DNA of 64,000 nucleotides from Candidatus Gastranaerophilales bacterium (GTDB lineage Bacteria; Cyanobacteriota; Vampirovibrionia; Gastranaerophilales; Gastranaerophilaceae): NCBI GenBank assembly GCA_944324185.1, contig CALUVI010000004.1, positions 190 to 64,189 of the forward strand, read 5' to 3'. Shown piece by piece: positions 27,305 to 36,792 of this stretch (position 1 is its first letter; each line of letters starts with the position of its first letter). The notes under the pieces were generated by a model. It saw only the letters and a program-made list of their open reading frames with translations, ran no database searches and was not told where the DNA came from. The position numbers and the translations under genes were made by a program.

Positions 27305-28440
27305 AGATGCGGTAGATCAAAGATTTACCACATCCTATTCTGCTGCACTAGTAAGTGAAACTTCCAAGAGTGCAGTCATTCAGAGGGCGTTAGCCCGAAG
27401 AATCTTTTTAATTTTGAAAGTTTTAGGGATTCTTCGCCCTTGAATGGATGTCGGGCTATGAATGACTACAAGCTGGTTAAACGCCAAGTGAACGCAAGCG
27501 CTTTTGCCCACGCCCTTGAGGGGGAAGTACCCGAAGAGAGCATGGGGTATGGAAGTGAATAATTTGACCTCTCCCCCGAATTTCTAAGTTTCGCTCCTGC
27601 TCAACTTTAAATTCTTCCCTGTCTCGGATTTGCTCCACGCTCACGAAGTTTCACTATCGGAGCAAAGCTCCTGCCGGCTCAATCCGTTCTCCCCAAAGGG
27701 GCACGCGAATATACATTATCGTTTGATTAATGCATTCCCTCGTCCAATAACCGCACTTATCTCCCAAGTTAAGGTGGTCGAAGTTGTGCGAGCGTTAGTG
27801 AGCTACAAATGCGGGTGGGGTTCAGACAAAGTTACTCACCATCCTAACCTTCCCGGGGTAAATATATTGGTTTGGTATGTAATACTACAAGCAGGATGTA
27901 TTTATCCGTGGAAGGAACGCGCTTGTGTCGTCCAATTAGCACATTCCCCTCGCCCTATAAAAATCATGTCATTGCGAGGGGATAGCTGTTCAGCCCGAAG
28001 CAATCCGGAACGAATTTTACAATTAAAAACAGTATGTTGTGTGGAACCCAACAATAACAATATGGATTGCCGCGTCGCTCTCGCTCCTCGCAATGACGCC
28101 AAGCTAGTAGTTTTACCTACCAGCCCAAATATTTCCCCTGATACCCCATTTGCGCATTTCCCTAGCTCTTTTGGGGCGTGGGGAGAATTTGTTGGCGAGT
28201 CGTGCGAACTTAGAAATTCGGGAGAGGGGCTGAAAAACTATTACTTCAACCATGCCCTCCCTACCCCCTTCGGGTAATGTCTTGGATTTGCTCCACGTTC
28301 GCAAAATCTCACTTTCGGAGCAGAGCTCCTATCCGTTTACATTGCTCGCTATCCGGACTACCTCGCTAACGTCCGTGTCGTCCGTCCGCAAATCCGTTTC
28401 CCCACAAGGGAGCTTCAGCCCGACAATAACTCAATTTTTG
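27305..28440. repeat. Dense mosaic of several REP/MITE-like palindromic repeat families
   Basis: Families A and B; TGCGGTARATCAAAGATTTACC (27308-27337, also 52326-52355); GGGGTAAAT..GTAATACTACAAGC (also 39975-40012); TTGCTCCACG units; imperfect inverted repeat 27568-27594/28204-28227. Confidence 0.8.
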
Positions 28441-28478
28441 TCGAATTTTACCCGACAGACATTTTTTAATTACAAAAA

Positions 28479-29222
28479 TTAATAAACAAACTCAAATACA
28501 ATCCCGTAGATTTTCTTTTCCGTATAATTTGTTATTACATAAACCGCCGAGTCGTATTTTAAAGTGTCTGCAGGAACTGTTTTTATAATTACTCCCTCAA
28601 GTTCTGTCTCGTTTTTAATGTCTTTAAGAACATCGATTTCAGATTGGACATTCTTACTTGTAAAAAACAATTCTGTCGTCAAATCACCGTTTTTAAAGGG
28701 GTCTGTTACGTGGGTTATTTTTATTGATTTTACTCCCGCAGGTAAATTAAATTTAACGGTATCATAGGTTCTTTTCTCCTGCGGTGTATCATAGATTAAA
28801 ATATACTTTGAATTCGGGCAATAATGTATTTCATTCAGACTTAAGGCTTTTTGTAAATACGGATAATTTCTGTTTATTCTTGCATAAAATTCCGCATCGG
28901 GATTTTTTTCAATACAAAAAGGTATGAGAGGGTCGATATTGCCTCTTATACCTCCGGGCGTAAGACATTGTGCAGTTTTTCTTTTATACAGCCATCCGCC
29001 GAGTCCGAGAAGCGCCGCACCGCCGATTGACCCGAGAGTTATTGCAGTAACAGCGCCGCCCGACAGACCGTCTTTATGACCGGTATTTCCCCCTGCCGGC
29101 GTATCTCCGGCAACGGGGTTCCGGTCTATTGCAAAGACAAAACTAGGCTGCCCTATTCTGGCAAATGCTGCAGGGGCTGTTATTGCAAGAAGCATAAAAA
29201 AAGTTATTATTTTTTTTAACAT
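28479..29222 (-). CDS. Hypothetical single-pass membrane protein (signal peptide + Gly-rich TM + basic stop-transfer)
   Basis: MLKKIITFFMLLAITAPAAFA; GLSGGAVTAITLGSIGGAALLGLGGWLYKRK. Confidence 0.65.
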   Translation of the reverse strand: MLKKIITFFMLLAITAPAAFARIGQPSFVFAIDRNPVAGDTPAGGNTGHKDGLSGGAVTAITLGSIGGAALLGLGGWLYKRKTAQCLTPGGIRGNIDPLIPFCIEKNPDAEFYARINRNYPYLQKALSLNEIHYCPNSKYILIYDTPQEKRTYDTVKFNLPAGVKSIKITHVTDPFKNGDLTTELFFTSKNVQSEIDVLKDIKNETELEGVIIKTVPADTLKYDSAVYVITNYTEKKIYGIVFEFVY

Positions 29223-29225
29223 AAT

Positions 29226-29705
29226 CTAAACCCGTCCGAGTGTTATAACAAGATGAGCCCTGTAAGTCGTACAAACCGTATCATCGTGCGCAAGCACCTG
29301 CGGCGTAAAAAAGTCTGTTTCCACTTTGTCGTGCGGATTGTTAATTGTATAAGAAGAAGGTGTCACCGACAAATCTTCATTGTCCATCGGATATCTTCCG
29401 CAAGTGCTGCAGCAGCTCTCCATCTTTGCACTAACCTGAATCGGATCCGCCAGATTTGTTGTAATTCTCACCGAAAACGGACAGAGACTCATCCGGCAGC
29501 ACTTTTCATCTAAAATTTCCGTCTTTCTTATCTGCATATTTTCAAGCTCATCGTCTTTATCATATTCGACATTTTCAACAATAATTTTTTCTATGTGCAA
29601 AACCTCGGGCACACTCCCCTGTATTACCTGCTCTGAACGATTTTCCGCAAACACGCTGCAAGCAGAGAAGTAAATTATTAAAAATGTGAATATCATTTTT
29701 TTCAT
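29226..29705 (-). CDS. Exported Cys-rich pilin-like (incomplete Ig-fold) protein
   Basis: Signal peptide from ATG 29705; C-terminal TYRAHLVITL resembles TYEAHVTLT of the 31589 subunit. Confidence 0.5.
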   Translation of the reverse strand: MKKMIFTFLIIYFSACSVFAENRSEQVIQGSVPEVLHIEKIIVENVEYDKDDELENMQIRKTEILDEKCCRMSLCPFSVRITTNLADPIQVSAKMESCCSTCGRYPMDNEDLSVTPSSYTINNPHDKVETDFFTPQVLAHDDTVCTTYRAHLVITLGRV

Positions 29706-29850
29706 ATCAATTAAACTATAAAAGCAGCATATAAAATAGAAATTCCCCGGACAGATATTCACAAAATTACCCGACTGTTTCCCGCTTTGTATTATTTATT
29801 TACCTGAAAAAATATTTTATAAAAAAAGTGACTTGAGGATTTAATTCATA

Positions 29851-30750
29851 ATGAAAAAAATAATTAATATTATTTTACTCTTTATAACTTTTATCCTGCC
29901 TCCTGTCGTAAGGGCGGATATGTTTATGCGCGCGGAACTCTCGGGAATGCCTGTTATAACGCCTTCAAACATAACTGCTAATATTAATTTAACTTATCCG
30001 CAAATAGGGATTTCAAGGCTCTGGGCAAGTGCACTTGAACCTTTTATAACCAATAATGAAAATCCAAATATTAAAATTCCTGTAAATAAGTTATTTCTTA
30101 TTTGTGACGGGGAATCTTACCAGTTAAGCAACACAGGGATGCAATTATTCTATATAGACCCGCTCGGAGATATTGATTTTACAAGAACGGCGCAGAAAAA
30201 TATAACTCTCAGGTTGGAAAACATAGGAGAATTACCGGCAGGAACGTATTCAGTACCTTTAAAATTCGTAAACCGCACAAGTATTGTTCAGGAATATGAA
30301 TGCGATTTTTTATTCACTTTTATTATTGAAGAAAAACAAACCCTGTCATCATTCAGCGGAGATCCGTATATAGTCCTGAGTGAAGAAGAAGTTTTTAATA
30401 AACAGATTTCAGTTAAAAACAAAAATGATATAAGGCTTGATTTGACTTCCAATACCGGCTGGAATCTATGGCTTGACACTTCCGGGATTACAAATATTGA
30501 AGGAGAATATTCTTTTTTAATCAAGAGTTATACGGGAAATATTTCAAGCTATGAACAGAATCTTACACAAATTCTGCCGAATAAAAGGTATCTGTTAGCC
30601 AGAGGGACCTCTACTTTAGAGGGTTTTGAAAGCGGGAATACAATTCCTACGTCTCTTACAATAGAGTACTCTTTCAAAAATAACTCTGACAGGTTTATCA
30701 AAGAGGGTATACAGCAATATCCGCTAACTTACATTATGGAGAGAGAATAA
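29851..30750 (+). CDS. Exported two-domain pilin/adhesin-like protein
   Basis: Signal peptide; domain 1 ends AGTYSVPLKFV; domain 2 has LTSNTGWNL and ends EGIQQYPLTYI. Confidence 0.55.
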   Translation: MKKIINIILLFITFILPPVVRADMFMRAELSGMPVITPSNITANINLTYPQIGISRLWASALEPFITNNENPNIKIPVNKLFLICDGESYQLSNTGMQLFYIDPLGDIDFTRTAQKNITLRLENIGELPAGTYSVPLKFVNRTSIVQEYECDFLFTFIIEEKQTLSSFSGDPYIVLSEEEVFNKQISVKNKNDIRLDLTSNTGWNLWLDTSGITNIEGEYSFLIKSYTGNISSYEQNLTQILPNKRYLLARGTSTLEGFESGNTIPTSLTIEYSFKNNSDRFIKEGIQQYPLTYIMERE

Positions 30751-30751
30751 T

Positions 30752-31579
30752 ATGAATATTTTTGTTAAAGCAGCTATTTCTCTTGGTTTTATACCGGCTC
30801 TATTATGCCCTGCTTACGCAGCAGTCAAAGTTACGCCGACTCTTATTGAACTTAATGCCAATAAAAGCAGCGGAAATTACCTTACAACGTCTTTCAGCGT
30901 GCAGGCGGACAAGAATGAGACAATAAGATACAAGCTTTATCCGGAATATTTTACAATCACTGACGACGGCAAGATGAATGCCGTACCGGTTTCTGAGAAA
31001 CCTGACAATCTCATTCCCCATGCAAGATTTGTTCCGAACGAATTTACGCTCAAAAACGGGAATCCGCAGCTTGTCAGGGTAACTTTTACCGACATTAAAA
31101 GCCTTCCGGACGGAGAATCCAGAATGGTTATGTTTCTTGAAGATGTTGCGGCAAAAGAAATTATTCTGCCTGCCAAAAACAAAAACGTCAATACAAAACT
31201 TATCGTAAAAACAAGGCTCGGAATCCCTATTTATGTTGATAAGGGAAGATTTGTAAAAGCCGGAAGTTTTAATGACTTAAAAGTGGAACAGAATAACAAA
31301 AACCTTGTTTACTATATGAAACTTTCCGCCGGCGGAAACAGTAAAGTCCGGTATCACGGAAAAGCACAAATTATTAAAAACAAAGAACTTATAAAAGAAT
31401 TTAGTATGAACAGTAACACAATAAGAGCCAACGGAATTTTTGAGGAAACAGGGCTTATTCCAGAAAATCTCGAAGCCGGGAATTACATACTAAAAGTCAT
31501 TTTAACATACAAAAACGAAAAAGGGGAAAATAAAAATCTTATAAAAGAGATTTCATTCAACGTAGGTAACTCAATTTAA
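30752..31579 (+). CDS. PapD-like periplasmic pilus chaperone
   Basis: Signal peptide; VKVTPTLIEL, FVPNEFTLKNGNPQLVRV, GESRMVMFLEDV, KTRLGIPIYV, second Ig-like domain. Confidence 0.7.
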   Translation: MNIFVKAAISLGFIPALLCPAYAAVKVTPTLIELNANKSSGNYLTTSFSVQADKNETIRYKLYPEYFTITDDGKMNAVPVSEKPDNLIPHARFVPNEFTLKNGNPQLVRVTFTDIKSLPDGESRMVMFLEDVAAKEIILPAKNKNVNTKLIVKTRLGIPIYVDKGRFVKAGSFNDLKVEQNNKNLVYYMKLSAGGNSKVRYHGKAQIIKNKELIKEFSMNSNTIRANGIFEETGLIPENLEAGNYILKVILTYKNEKGENKNLIKEISFNVGNSI

Positions 31580-31588
31580 GGAGAAATT

Positions 31589-32194
31589 ATGAACAAAAAA
31601 CTTTTAACAACAATGCTCGTATTAGGAGCGGCAAGCCTCGGAGTGCAGGCAGAAACTTTTGACACACAAATTTTGAGAGCAACTCTTGCACCGTTTGTTG
31701 ACATCAAGGCTGAAACTGACATTCAGACAAAAACAATTGATCCTGAGACTGGTAATCTGGACAGCGGATTTTCTTCAATTTTTACAATAAGGTCAAACGC
31801 TGAAACAGACCTTTATCTAACCGCAAAAGCTGATACGCAGAACGGATACGAGCAGGCATTTTTCAAAAAAGCAGGTGTTGTATATGTAATTTTAACAAAC
31901 ACTGAGAAAAAGCCTGCCGGCTCTGCACTTGCAGACATAAGAACCGGAACGGCAATTCCTTCAAATAACGCAAATGCCATAGCTTATCCTGTATCAGGGG
32001 TTGAAATTGCAGGAGCAACAACGGTTGAGCCGCAATACAATGACGGCAAAAACCAGTATGAATTCAAAGTAAATCCGGGTGTAACTACTGCCACAACCAC
32101 AATTTCTTCATCTGTTGATTCAACAACATATTCATTTGACGACAATGCGGGAACTTATGAAGCTCACGTAACATTAACTGATACTACCACATAG
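31589..32194 (+). CDS. Putative major pilin subunit
   Basis: AAGGAG RBS, signal peptide, T/S/A/N-rich, ends AGTYEAHVTLT (GxY strand motif of CU pilins). Confidence 0.6.
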   Translation: MNKKLLTTMLVLGAASLGVQAETFDTQILRATLAPFVDIKAETDIQTKTIDPETGNLDSGFSSIFTIRSNAETDLYLTAKADTQNGYEQAFFKKAGVVYVILTNTEKKPAGSALADIRTGTAIPSNNANAIAYPVSGVEIAGATTVEPQYNDGKNQYEFKVNPGVTTATTTISSSVDSTTYSFDDNAGTYEAHVTLTDTTT

Positions 32195-32204
32195 GATTTT
32201 TTCA

Positions 32205-32804
32205 ATGAGAAATCAATTTATTTTATTTTTACTTTTGTTACTACCGGCGCCGGCTTGTTCCGGCGCTGCTGTAATGGAAAGCGTTCTTACAACCATCGTT
32301 CCGTCTGCGGCTGTTGTAAAAACGATTCCTTCGTCTAAAAATAACAGTGTTATTAATCCTGAAAACGGTTCTCAAACAGGATTAGAAGCTATATTTAATA
32401 TAAAAACAAACGGGGATGATAATACCTATGATTTTATTCTGTCGTCAAGTATTGAAACAACCGGAGGTGTTAAAAATGCTTATGTTTTAAACAATAACAA
32501 CCTCTATATTATGCTCGGAAATAAAGAGCATTTGCCGGATTCCGCCGCTGTAGCCGATATAGCTTCGGGTGCTCCGTCTAAGAATCCTGATATAATTGCA
32601 TATCCTGTTATTAACAGCTCTGATATACAGCCTCTTAATTACAAGGGGGAATTGTGCTGCAGGGTATTAAGCGGAGGAGAGCAGGAAATAAATGTTTCAC
32701 AAAGCGTAAGCAGCAGCCCTTTAGGGAACACGTATTCAATAGATGAAGATACAGCAGGTGTTTATGAGGCGGTCATTACTCTGAATATTTACAGGAAACC
32801 CTGA
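32205..32804 (+). CDS. Putative pilin subunit, paralog of 31589
   Basis: Shares I(D/N)PE.G, IF.I.(S/T)N, A.ADI..G, IAYPV, TYS.D..AG.YEA with the preceding gene. Confidence 0.6.
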   Translation: MRNQFILFLLLLLPAPACSGAAVMESVLTTIVPSAAVVKTIPSSKNNSVINPENGSQTGLEAIFNIKTNGDDNTYDFILSSSIETTGGVKNAYVLNNNNLYIMLGNKEHLPDSAAVADIASGAPSKNPDIIAYPVINSSDIQPLNYKGELCCRVLSGGEQEINVSQSVSSSPLGNTYSIDEDTAGVYEAVITLNIYRKP

Positions 32805-35554
32805 TGAAATTTTTTGTACTGGTTCTTTTTACTTTGTGTTTAACTCTATGCCCCGCATTTTCCGAATCTGTTACAACAACTGTAACGTCATTAAATGTTA
32901 ACGGGGCTGATTATTATGATATTGAGATACTTCCTGTACACTCCGGTGACATTCTCCTTCCGGTCAAACAAATTACAAAAATCTTTAACCTTCCCACTGA
33001 AATTAATCACTCGCAAAAAGAAATATCATTTACTAATTTTGAAGATGAAAAAGTTATAGTAAATAAAAACGGAGTATCTTTAAATAACAACAAGATATCC
33101 TCCGGACAAAAATTTCTCAAAGACGGGATTATTGAAATAAACGAATTTTATATAGACAAAAACATTGCAGGAAAAATTTTCAATTCTGAATTTACTGTTG
33201 ATTCCGGCACATTATGCGTAGAAGCTAAAAACAAATATATTGTAAAGACTGAACCTGATGCCGGTGACGAAGTTATTGAAGAAAAAGAAATTTTGCATCC
33301 GAAAGAGAAGGGCAAAATTTCATTTGATACTTTTGAAGTTTCAAATTCTCTCATGAATGATTCGACCAAACAGGTTTATCTAAACGCAACACAAAACAAT
33401 GTAATGTTCAACAATAATACAAGAATGAGCCTTAAGGGCAAATTGTATGAAGGAGATTACACTCTAAATTTCAATACAAACAATTATACCCAGCAGTTTT
33501 TCTCATTCGGGGGGCTTAGTTTTTCCTATCGTAACAAACTGCGGGATAAATATTTTTATGAACTCGGACAGGTTTCCGGTTTCAGGGATAATTATAACTC
33601 AATCGGGACAATGCTTATAGGGGCGCAAATTTCTGACTACAACGAGTATGAAAAGAAAAACAATACAGATTTTCTTAAAAAAGGAGAAGCAAAACACCGC
33701 ATTTTTGCAGGAGTTTCCGGATTTAACAACAGACTTTTCAGCTCTAACGGATATATTTACCAGATGAATTCAAAAAAAATTGTTGCGGGTGCAGGGAGAA
33801 GATACGGAATAAATGAGCGTATGAACCTTGATACAAAACTTATTTATGACAAAATTATTCAAAGAAATAATGATTCAATTTTCATAACCAATCTTTACAA
33901 TGACTATTCAATTTTATCATCCGGAGTTTACAGAAACCCAAACACAATGGAAGGTGTTACTTTAATCAATACACTTAATCTCTACAGGAATGAGTTTTAC
34001 AAGTTAAACGCCCTTGCAGGGCTTTCGCTTATGAAAGATTATAATTTCAATAACGGAAACTATCAGCCCGGTTACTCTTTTTCGCTAGAAAATATTTTTG
34101 ATTACAATAACTCAACCCTAAAACTCCGGCTCTACCAGCAATCACCTAATTATTATGTCGCAGGCTCTGATTCCGGATTCATCTGCGACAGACTGGGTGC
34201 AGAAGCCGTTTATAATTATACAAGAAACAAATTTAATGCAAATATGCGGTATACAAGATATTTTTCCAATCTGGATAAAAGATATTCCGGAGGAACAACT
34301 ACTTTTGACGAAGCTTACATTAATGCCGGCGCAAATCTTTTAAATTTTGCAAAGCTCAGGCTGAACGGGAATTTAAGATACGGAGAAAACAGTATCGGGC
34401 ACAATCTCAATTACTATTACAATTTTAATGCCAATAAAAGTATAAATTCCAAACTGTCTCTGGATGCCGGATATATGGGAAACGCCTACAACACTGAATA
34501 CACCACCGCTATTAATACTCTCTCAAACGGTTTTAAGAGTTCTTACAGCTCTCTTTATTTTAATACCAGCTACAGACTGCCTAAAAATAAAGGAGTTCTT
34601 ACCCTCGGACACGACAGCGTTAACTATGAATCAGGCGGGGCAAAAAACGATTACAATATGATAAAAGTTAATTACCGTTTTCCGGAATTCAAAAGAATTA
34701 TACTTGCTCTCGGAGCCGGATATAAATATCAGGGGCTTGACGGAGGCTGCACATACACTGCTGCAATCGGATACCGCACAAAATCCGGAATGATTATAAG
34801 TCTCAATTACCAGTACAATACGGCTATGGGGTATATGTTCAATAACATGTACATCCCGTCAAATTCCCGGCACTCAATTAATTTTACTTTCAACGACACA
34901 TTCGCCTTCTCAAACAACGGGCTGCAATCCGTCGGAACAACTTCACCAAACGAAGGTTTTGTAGAAATTGCGGCATTCATTGACAAAAATCACAACAACA
35001 AATTTGACAAAGAGGATATAAAAGTCGCCGGTGTTCCTGTTGCTGTCTCGTGGAAAAGTCATACAATTAAAACAAAAAGAAGTGGCTTCTGCCCTTTGCA
35101 ATGTGTAGATAAAGGGTATTATGAAGTTAAACTGGACGGAGATAATCTGCATACAAATCTGTCTCCGCTGAATAAGCTAAAACAGGCTATTTATGTTGAA
35201 CCAATGAAAACAACCCGCGTTGAATTCCCGCTAAAAAGTTCTGTCGGCAATATTTCCGGCAAACTAAATATTGTTGACGATTTTAACAGGAATATGCAAG
35301 TTACTGATTTTATAATAAGTTTATTTGATACGGAAGGGAAAGAAGTTGCCTACTCTACCGTAGACGCCTCCGGTAATTATTATTTTTCAGGAATTTCACC
35401 CGGCAAATACAAAATTGCGCTCGATAAAAATTTTGTAAACGACTACAACCTTATTCCGGATACTGAAAATGGAGAAATTTCTGTTGATATTCCGTATGTT
35501 TATAAAGAATTTGTAGAATTAAACAATCAGGATTTAATTTACAAATGCTACTAA
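32804..35554 (+). CDS. Usher-like outer-membrane protein with C-terminal SdrD-B/CnaB-like domains
   Basis: 916 aa; signal peptide; long Y/N/F/G-rich amphipathic strands; AFIDKNHNNKFD and TVDASGNYYFSGISPGKYKI. Confidence 0.6.
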   Translation: MKFFVLVLFTLCLTLCPAFSESVTTTVTSLNVNGADYYDIEILPVHSGDILLPVKQITKIFNLPTEINHSQKEISFTNFEDEKVIVNKNGVSLNNNKISSGQKFLKDGIIEINEFYIDKNIAGKIFNSEFTVDSGTLCVEAKNKYIVKTEPDAGDEVIEEKEILHPKEKGKISFDTFEVSNSLMNDSTKQVYLNATQNNVMFNNNTRMSLKGKLYEGDYTLNFNTNNYTQQFFSFGGLSFSYRNKLRDKYFYELGQVSGFRDNYNSIGTMLIGAQISDYNEYEKKNNTDFLKKGEAKHRIFAGVSGFNNRLFSSNGYIYQMNSKKIVAGAGRRYGINERMNLDTKLIYDKIIQRNNDSIFITNLYNDYSILSSGVYRNPNTMEGVTLINTLNLYRNEFYKLNALAGLSLMKDYNFNNGNYQPGYSFSLENIFDYNNSTLKLRLYQQSPNYYVAGSDSGFICDRLGAEAVYNYTRNKFNANMRYTRYFSNLDKRYSGGTTTFDEAYINAGANLLNFAKLRLNGNLRYGENSIGHNLNYYYNFNANKSINSKLSLDAGYMGNAYNTEYTTAINTLSNGFKSSYSSLYFNTSYRLPKNKGVLTLGHDSVNYESGGAKNDYNMIKVNYRFPEFKRIILALGAGYKYQGLDGGCTYTAAIGYRTKSGMIISLNYQYNTAMGYMFNNMYIPSNSRHSINFTFNDTFAFSNNGLQSVGTTSPNEGFVEIAAFIDKNHNNKFDKEDIKVAGVPVAVSWKSHTIKTKRSGFCPLQCVDKGYYEVKLDGDNLHTNLSPLNKLKQAIYVEPMKTTRVEFPLKSSVGNISGKLNIVDDFNRNMQVTDFIISLFDTEGKEVAYSTVDASGNYYFSGISPGKYKIALDKNFVNDYNLIPDTENGEISVDIPYVYKEFVELNNQDLIYKCY

Positions 35555-35593
35555 AATCACCTGTATAGCATGCCTATAACAAAATATTGTGCA

Positions 35594-35792
35594 TAACATT
35601 TTATCTATTTTGTTATACACCCTGTATTGGCGGGGGTTTTAGACTATTATGCTTTTTGTTTATGTCAAAAAAATCCCCTGACTGGCTAATAAATTTTACA
35701 TTTGACTACTCGATTATTCGTGATATTATTAGTGTTAAGCAGATTGATTTTACTGCATTTGAATACCGCATAACAAAATAGATAAAATGTTA
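35594..35792. repeat. Perfect 23-bp inverted repeat (35594-35616 / 35770-35792), with a third partial copy at 35826-35841
   Basis: TAACATTTTATCTATTTTGTTAT vs ATAACAAAATAGATAAAATGTTA. Confidence 0.9.
35702..35729 (+). promoter_or_regulatory. Putative sigma70 promoter inside the inverted repeat, facing the glycan genes
   Basis: TTGACT-N16-TATTAT with TGn extended -10. Confidence 0.55.
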
Positions 35793-35931
35793 CGTTTGAT
35801 TAATAATTTTATTTACATTACTTTTTAGATAAAATGTTATGTTATAATTTAAAAGTAATACTGAAAAGAAAAGGGTTTAATATCACAAATGACTGGCATC
35901 TACGGAATAATGAATCAAAAAGGAGAGTTTA

Positions 35932-36792
35932 ATGATTAAAGTATCTGTCATTATTCCGGTTTTTAATACCGAAAAATATATCAATAAATGTTTATCTTCA
36001 CTGGTTAACCAAACATTAGATGATATAGAAATCATTTGTGTAAATGACGGGTCTACAGACAACTCGCTTGAAATTATTGAAAAAATTGCAAACAATGATG
36101 CCAGAATCAAAATCATAAATCAGGAGCATAAAAAACAGGGAGCTGCAAGAAATGCAGGGCTGAGAATTGCAGAGGGCGAATACATCGGTTTTGTTGATTC
36201 TGATGATTGGATTGACTTGAATTATTATGAAATGCTATACGATACAGCAAAAAAATATGATGCGGATATAGCACTTGCAACAAATGTAAGAATAGGAAAC
36301 GGCAAAACAAAGAAAAGACTTGAAATAACAGAAGAAAAAACGGCTGTGACTTTGCAGGAAAAAATTGATATCGGAAATCAGGTAAAAAATCCTTGTCCTA
36401 CAAATAAAATCTACAGGCATTCTATGCTGAAAGAGAATAATATTATCTGGCAGGAGGGAGTTTATTGCGAAGATAAATTATTTACGATACAGGCAATTTA
36501 TTATGCAAACAAAATCGTAACTGTACCGGATGTAAACTACTATTATTTCAGAAATCCAAATTCTACGGTTCATACAAAATCTGAAAAACATACACTTGAC
36601 AAAAACAATGCTAAAAAAGCTGTTCTCAATTTTTTAAGAGAACAAAATGCTCAGATAAGAGACAAAGAATTCTGGGCAATAACTGAACAGAAAAAGTTTT
36701 TAAGCCTGCCTCTGCTTACTAAAAAGGAAAGCTTAAAGACAGCAAAGTATTATTTATTAGGATTGGTTCCGGTACTGGAAAGAGGTATATAA
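35932..36792 (+). CDS. Glycosyltransferase family 2
   Basis: KVSVIIPVFN, VNDGSTD, AARNAG, FVDSDDW, CEDKLF. Confidence 0.92.
   Translation: MIKVSVIIPVFNTEKYINKCLSSLVNQTLDDIEIICVNDGSTDNSLEIIEKIANNDARIKIINQEHKKQGAARNAGLRIAEGEYIGFVDSDDWIDLNYYEMLYDTAKKYDADIALATNVRIGNGKTKKRLEITEEKTAVTLQEKIDIGNQVKNPCPTNKIYRHSMLKENNIIWQEGVYCEDKLFTIQAIYYANKIVTVPDVNYYYFRNPNSTVHTKSEKHTLDKNNAKKAVLNFLREQNAQIRDKEFWAITEQKKFLSLPLLTKKESLKTAKYYLLGLVPVLERGI

Noticed and set aside
27630-28277. 215-aa ORF (and 28113-28304, 28252-28482, 40005-40485 ORFs)
   Set aside because: They run through palindromic repeat mosaics, have non-protein-like composition and lack an RBS
27305-28440. Possible CRISPR array
   Set aside because: Repeats differ in length, family and orientation; there is no regular repeat-spacer period and no cas genes
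35587-35781. 64-aa ORF inside the inverted-repeat segment
   Set aside because: Weak start, no RBS, and overlaps promoter-like sequence; likely non-coding
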